Assembly: GCA_964589765.1 (NCBI GenBank)
Contig: CAZPUM010000002.1
Location: forward strand, 4,147-30,834
Reading direction: 5' to 3'
DNA: 26,688 nucleotides
From: an uncultured Methanosarcinales archaeon
GTDB taxonomy: Archaea; Nanobdellota; Nanobdellia; Woesearchaeales; UBA525
Shown: in pieces, positions 23,048 through 26,688 of the stretch
Layout: every line of letters starts with the position of its first letter
Position numbering within the stretch: position 1 is the stretch's first letter
Notes under the pieces: model-generated
The model's database searches: none
What the model was told of the DNA's origin: nothing
Seen by the model: the letters and a program-made list of their open reading frames with translations, nothing else
Position numbers and translations under genes: made by a program

Positions 23048-23120
23048 AAGAACGTACGCGTGCTGTCTGCCTAAGAACACCGAAAAATCGGTGGGAAGGG
23101 CAGGACAGCAGTAAGTTCTT
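23048..23120 (+). other. 73-nt nested imperfect hairpin (25 bp): candidate structured leader or small RNA
   Basis: The pairings are 23048-53/23115-120 (AAGAAC/GTTCTT), 23055-57/23111-113, 23062-67/23104-109 (GCTGTC/GACAGC), 23068-71/23099-102 (TGCC/GGCA) and 23078-83/23088-93 (CACCGA/TCGGTG, loop AAAA). It ends 27 nt before ATG 23147. Confidence 0.4.
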
Positions 23121-23146
23121 GACCTTTCCTACCAGGAGCTAGGGAA

Positions 23147-23479
23147 ATGAGATGTGTGGAATGTGAAGAAACAATCACCAACCCCATCTGTCCTGCCTGC
23201 TTACAAGTTGGCGTGGAGCAGTGGTTGCGTGAGGAACACCGAGAAGCGCTCGTGCCTGAGTTGCATGAGCTTACCAGAAGAGTGTTCTGGAACGATGGAG
23301 AGACGTTTTGCATTAAGTGTAATAATCTGATGTCCACGTGTGCTTATTGCTATACAAAGGCGGTGTTTGATCTCATTAGGCACGAGCCTGACTTGTTACA
23401 ACGTTACTTGGTCTATTTCAACTACGATTTAGGCCATATGGGGTGGGAGCAGGAGGCTGTCGCCCTTATAGATACATAG
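23147..23479 (+). CDS. Small zinc-ribbon-like protein, 110 aa
   Basis: The Cys pairs are CVEC...CPAC near the N-terminus and CIKC...CAYC mid-protein. I cannot assign a family. Confidence 0.6.
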   Translation: MRCVECEETITNPICPACLQVGVEQWLREEHREALVPELHELTRRVFWNDGETFCIKCNNLMSTCAYCYTKAVFDLIRHEPDLLQRYLVYFNYDLGHMGWEQEAVALIDT

Positions 23480-23491
23480 GGAGGTATCAAA

Positions 23492-23629
23492 ATGCAAGAA
23501 CTACTACAAGAAAAACAGGAGTCGAAACCAGAGTATTTAGACTGGATGTCCAGTCTTCAATCCAAGGTCAAACAGCTTGACCGAGAGGAAAGAATGGAGC
23601 AAAGAATGAGGGGTTTCGAAGTGACTTAA
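23492..23629 (+). CDS. 45-aa charged or coiled micro-protein (not in the supplied ORF track)
   Basis: My own translation gives MQELLQEKQESKPEYLDWMSSLQSKVKQLDREERMEQRMRGFEVT. A GGGAGGT SD lies 7 nt upstream and the ORF starts 13 nt after the stop of the previous gene. A T-rich terminator follows. Confidence 0.4.
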   Translation: MQELLQEKQESKPEYLDWMSSLQSKVKQLDREERMEQRMRGFEVT

Positions 23630-23630
23630 A

Positions 23631-23668
23631 CTTTCTTTCTTTATTGTTATTTTTTTTATTTTCCTTAT
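23631..23668 (+). terminator. Oligo-T archaeal terminator tract
   Basis: The tract reads CTTTCTTTCTTTATTGTTATTTTTTTTATTTTCC, including a T8 run at 23650-23657, directly after the 45-aa ORF. Confidence 0.5.
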
Positions 23669-23711
23669 TGAAACCAATTCTTGTTTTGTTACTAATAGAC
23701 GAGAGTGACAG

Positions 23712-23765
23712 TTTATAATAGAAATGTGCCAAAACTTTATAATGTTTATAAATACCTTTATAAAT
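23712..23765 (+). promoter_or_regulatory. Cluster of four TTTATAA(T/A) TATA-box motifs upstream of tbp
   Basis: The boxes are TTTATAATA 23712-23720, TTTATAAT 23736-23743, TTTATAAAT 23745-23753 and TTTATAAAT 23757-23765. The last box predicts a transcription start near 23787 and a ~20-nt leader carrying GGGGGT (23796-23801). Confidence 0.55.
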
Positions 23766-23806
23766 GAAGGGGCACTCCGAAAGGCAAGAAAGTTTGGGGG
23801 TAACGC

Positions 23807-24382
23807 ATGACTGCAACCAAAAATAAAACAAGTAATAGTGGGGTTGACGAGACCGATATCAGGATTGTCAATATCGTAGTTTCAACAAGTTTGGAGCACG
23901 ACATTCCACTGGAAAAGATGGCTGCTGTTCTACCGAACACAGAATACAACCCGGAGCAGTTCCCAGGCCTGGTTATCAGGATCAAGGAACCACACACGTC
24001 AGCTCTGATTTTCAGTTCTGGCAAGGTTGTATGCACAGGAGCAGACACGCTGGAAAAGGTCGACAGGAGCATCGAGAAGATTATCGAGGCTTTAAAGAAG
24101 ATTAACATCGATATCAAAATCCAGCCAAAGATTACAGTTCAGAACGTAGTTGCCTCAGGCAGCATCGGAATGGACCTAAATCTAAACAAGCTAGCAATGA
24201 AACTGGACAACACAGAGTACGAACCCGAGCAGTTCCCAGGTTTGGTATACAAGCTAATGGAAGCAAAGGCAACATTCCTGCTGTTCAGCAACGGTAAGAT
24301 TGTCTGTACTGGTACCAAGAGTAGAGAACAGGTAATGGAAGCTGTAAACAAGCTTGTTGAAGTCCTAAAAGGCGTAATGTAA
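23807..24382 (+). CDS. tbp: TATA-box binding protein, 191 aa
   Basis: It has two canonical TBP repeats. The first is IVNIVVSTSLEHDIPLEKMAAVLPNTEYNPEQFPGLVIRIKEPHTSALIFSSGKVVCTGA. The second is VQNVVASGSIGMDLNLNKLAMKLDNTEYEPEQFPGLVYKLMEAKATFLLFSNGKIVCTGT. Confidence 0.95.
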   Translation: MTATKNKTSNSGVDETDIRIVNIVVSTSLEHDIPLEKMAAVLPNTEYNPEQFPGLVIRIKEPHTSALIFSSGKVVCTGADTLEKVDRSIEKIIEALKKINIDIKIQPKITVQNVVASGSIGMDLNLNKLAMKLDNTEYEPEQFPGLVYKLMEAKATFLLFSNGKIVCTGTKSREQVMEAVNKLVEVLKGVM

Positions 24383-24383
24383 T

Positions 24384-24400
24384 CTTTTTCTTTTTTCTTC
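24384..24400 (+). terminator. Oligo-T tract after tbp (T5 and T6 runs)
   Basis: CTTTTTCTTTTTTCTTC lies immediately after the TAA stop at 24380-24382. It may be leaky, because the next gene starts at 24423 with no TATA box in between. Confidence 0.4.
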
Positions 24401-24422
24401 CTGGGTGGTGTGGAGCTAGAGA

Positions 24423-25223
24423 ATGCTATGGGCAACCCATCCACGACAGCCATTTGATGACAGAGGGATTACACTTCTTGGTAAAATCGACAAAAGCTAC
24501 CACAACGTCTTTGAAGCGGATATGAACGGCAAAAAAGTTGTCGTCAAACTGTTCGATGTATATGAAAGGTTCAACAGAGAATCATGTTCATTAATAGGCC
24601 TGAAAAATATCTGTAAAACGCCTGAGTTCATAGACAGTTTTCAGTACTCATCTAAAATAAGGGCCATGAGCAAAAAAATGGCTGTAGTGATGAGTTTTAT
24701 TCCAGGTGTTAAAGTTAGAGATATTGCACCAAGAAGCATGGTCGATGGCGTTGTCAGCGCCACCAAAGAATTCGAAAAAATGCATCGAGCAGGATATGTA
24801 CATAGTGATGCAGCGCTCAGAAATGTAATATACAACGGCACAGATTCCACACTTATAGATTTTGAATACACCGCCAAAGAGGGAGAAAAGTTCAACTGGG
24901 AAAAAAACTCTCTGAGCGTTAGCATAATCCCGCCTGAGTCGAGAGAAATTGGAATGATTTATCGCACACAGGATATTGATGTTTTTGCCCTCGGATTCAG
25001 TTTCCAACAATCGATGAGAAAAAGACTGAATTACATAATTCTCAATAACCCGCCCCGCACAGCAGGGCCTGTAATAGCTCTGCTAAAACATAACGGGGAG
25101 CTTAAGGAAAGACTAGGACAACCACAAGAAAGACCTCAAACCATGATAGAATTAAGAGAAATGGTAGAAACCTATTACCACCCAATCCAAAGACTGGAGG
25201 AAGCATATGAGCATTCTGCTTGA
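24423..25223 (+). CDS. Minimal eukaryotic-like protein kinase, paralog 1, 266 aa
   Basis: Its ePK subdomains are beta3 Lys (VVVKLF), alphaC Glu (FNRES), catalytic loop YVHSDAALRNVIY, LIDFE (DFG-equivalent), IIPPE (APE-equivalent), DVFALG (subdomain IX) and RPQTMIELREMVE (subdomain XI). Confidence 0.75.
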   Translation: MLWATHPRQPFDDRGITLLGKIDKSYHNVFEADMNGKKVVVKLFDVYERFNRESCSLIGLKNICKTPEFIDSFQYSSKIRAMSKKMAVVMSFIPGVKVRDIAPRSMVDGVVSATKEFEKMHRAGYVHSDAALRNVIYNGTDSTLIDFEYTAKEGEKFNWEKNSLSVSIIPPESREIGMIYRTQDIDVFALGFSFQQSMRKRLNYIILNNPPRTAGPVIALLKHNGELKERLGQPQERPQTMIELREMVETYYHPIQRLEEAYEHSA

Positions 25224-25923
25224 CGCTTTTCTTGATAGGGAGATATACCCTGACGGCTGTATTGACCTGGGAATAAACAATTGTACCTACAAATTCACGC
25301 CGGTGATTGTCAAGGCGTTCTGTTATGAAAGACCCTTCAGGAACGAAATTAGGGGATTACAAAAAATGAATGATACAGAAGTAAGCCCTAAAGTGTACAG
25401 TTCATTTGAGATTGAGACTGGTTTGAAACCATTTGGCTGGCTGGGTTTTGTTGTAATGGAAAAAGTTGAGGGAACATCCCTATTATTTCAAGAGAGATTA
25501 AAAGTCATTCAAGGAGCTATAGATGCCACAATTTGTTTGGAAACACTACATGAAAAAGGATTGGTTCACGGAGATGCCGCCCTAAGAAATATCATGTACT
25601 CAAACCGTACAAAAATTATTGACTTTGAATATTGTGAAGAAAACGGATACAAATGGGATTGGAGAGCACAAGGAATTAACGACCATTTGATTCCACCCGA
25701 AAATCAAACTGGTTCTGTTACTATGAACCCTGCACTTGACGTATACGCTCTGGGACGGTCCATTTCACAACTACTGGCCACTTATGATACCGTCATGTGT
25801 CCATCAGACCATCTAAACCGATTTTCAAGAAGAATCCTTGGTCTGGACCCCCGCCCCATAACAATGCCTGAGCTGAGAGCAGAACTACTGGAACTCAGAA
25901 AGGGGTATGTGTATGAGCAGTGA
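25207..25923 (+). CDS. Minimal eukaryotic-like protein kinase, paralog 2, 238 aa
   Basis: Its motifs are VIVKAF, FRNEIRGL, LVHGDAALRNIMY, IIDFE, LIPPE, DVYALG and RPITMPELRAELLEL. It overlaps paralog 1 by 17 nt, and its start context is TATGAGCA. Confidence 0.75.
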   Translation: MSILLDAFLDREIYPDGCIDLGINNCTYKFTPVIVKAFCYERPFRNEIRGLQKMNDTEVSPKVYSSFEIETGLKPFGWLGFVVMEKVEGTSLLFQERLKVIQGAIDATICLETLHEKGLVHGDAALRNIMYSNRTKIIDFEYCEENGYKWDWRAQGINDHLIPPENQTGSVTMNPALDVYALGRSISQLLATYDTVMCPSDHLNRFSRRILGLDPRPITMPELRAELLELRKGYVYEQ

Positions 25924-26665
25924 ACTGTTAGAAAAAGAGCTGAAAAGAAAAGGCATATCTTTGGAACCTGATCAATTAGGATTTTTCTATGACACCATCT
26001 TATATGGCAAATACAATAGTATGCCTTGCGTAATCAAATTTTTCGCAGAACCTATGGAGTTTCATAGAGAAAAAACCGCTCTAAAAGAGCTTAAAGGGGT
26101 TGCAAATGTTCCTGAACTGTACTTTACCGGAGCAGTCTCGAAAGCGGTTGCAGAGTTCCACTCCACAGAATATGTGGTTATGGAGAGGGTCAACGCAAAA
26201 GAGGTCATAGATATTCCAGTAGAAAGCAGAATACCCTCCATTATTCAAGCAACATATGAATTTGAAAAAATACATTCTGCAGGGTTTGTTCATACTGATG
26301 CAGCAGTCAGAAATGTTTTGTACAACGGAACACCCACAATTATTGACTTTGAATTCACGGACAGGATTGGAGTACCTATCGATTGGACGGGAGAAGGTCT
26401 GGACCCTGAACTATTCCCTCCGGAAAGTTCATCAACCGTGCCGAGGACTCCTGAAGTAGACACTTATGCGTTGGGAAACAACCTGATATTCCTTTATCTT
26501 GATTGGTTTTCCATGAATAACAAACCTAATTGGCGTTTCGGAACTCCTGATAACTACAAGACCCCGCTATTAGATTTCAGAAAAATGATGCACACACCTG
26601 ACAGACCAAAAACGATGATTGAGTTAAGAGAAACGCTGGAAGACTTAGAACACAGAATTTCTTAA
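25913..26665 (+). CDS. Minimal eukaryotic-like protein kinase, paralog 3, 250 aa from ATG 25913 (252 aa if ATG 25907)
   Basis: Its motifs are CVIKFF, FHREKTALKEL, FVHTDAAVRNVLY, IIDFE, LFPPE, DTYALG and RPKTMIELRETLEDL. ATG 25913 has the same TATGAGCA context as the paralog 2 start, and overlaps paralog 2 by 11 nt. Confidence 0.75.
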   Translation: MSSELLEKELKRKGISLEPDQLGFFYDTILYGKYNSMPCVIKFFAEPMEFHREKTALKELKGVANVPELYFTGAVSKAVAEFHSTEYVVMERVNAKEVIDIPVESRIPSIIQATYEFEKIHSAGFVHTDAAVRNVLYNGTPTIIDFEFTDRIGVPIDWTGEGLDPELFPPESSSTVPRTPEVDTYALGNNLIFLYLDWFSMNNKPNWRFGTPDNYKTPLLDFRKMMHTPDRPKTMIELRETLEDLEHRIS

Positions 26666-26688
26666 ACAGAACGCCTAAGACCCCTTTT

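Noticed and set aside
22985-23074. 29-aa ORF (MQSKTTWHYTMFDLACTLFSIKNVRVLSA) starting at the TATA-predicted +1 of the plus-strand leader.
   Set aside because: It is too short and featureless to call as a gene, and it ends inside the hairpin. I mention it only as a possible leader peptide, not as a feature.
23611-23621. GGTTTCGAA resembling a tRNA T-arm/T-loop.
   Set aside because: No acceptor, D or anticodon arms can be drawn around it, and it lies inside the SD-preceded 45-aa ORF.
23758-24453. Minus-strand ORFs of 119 and 104 aa overlapping tbp.
   Set aside because: They are antisense to an unmistakable TBP coding sequence, so they are shadow ORFs.

Overview
This is a densely packed archaeal chromosomal window. 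I found no rRNA, tRNA, CRISPR array, transposase or integrase. The archaeal assignment rests on five things. There is a canonical two-repeat TATA-binding protein (23807..24382). There is an RNase P Rpp30-type subunit and a TtuA/Ncs6-type tRNA thiolase with a ThiS/SAMP-like GG-terminal carrier. TTTAWAWA boxes sit about 26 nt upstream of start codons, implying leaderless first genes. There is a run of proteins with class III (archaeal prepilin-type) N-termini. A small-genome uncultured lineage (DPANN-like) is my inference only.

About 44% of the window (11841 nt) encodes four very large, cysteine-rich, signal-peptide-bearing surface proteins of 752, 1289, 710 and 1192 aa.

The main candidate system is a nine-gene minus-strand operon (1..10264). 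In it, seven proteins with [KR]-[GA]-Q/E prepilin-like N-termini flank a 743-aa Cys-rich secreted protein and a 1289-aa membrane-anchored modular adhesin-like protein. Most junctions are 4-nt start/stop overlaps.

Other notable items:
- A full-length bacterial-type TonB-dependent outer-membrane receptor embedded between archaeal genes (19933..22623).
- Three tandem, overlapping mini eukaryotic-like protein kinases with a tyrosine-kinase-like H-x-D-A-A-x-R-N catalytic loop, immediately downstream of tbp (24423..26665).
- Four TTTATAA boxes in the tbp promoter.
- Two divergent gene pairs whose ATGs are exactly 52 nt apart around a single shared TATA box.
- A 25-bp nested hairpin in an intergenic leader (23048..23120).

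All functional calls come from motif recognition by eye. No database search was run.
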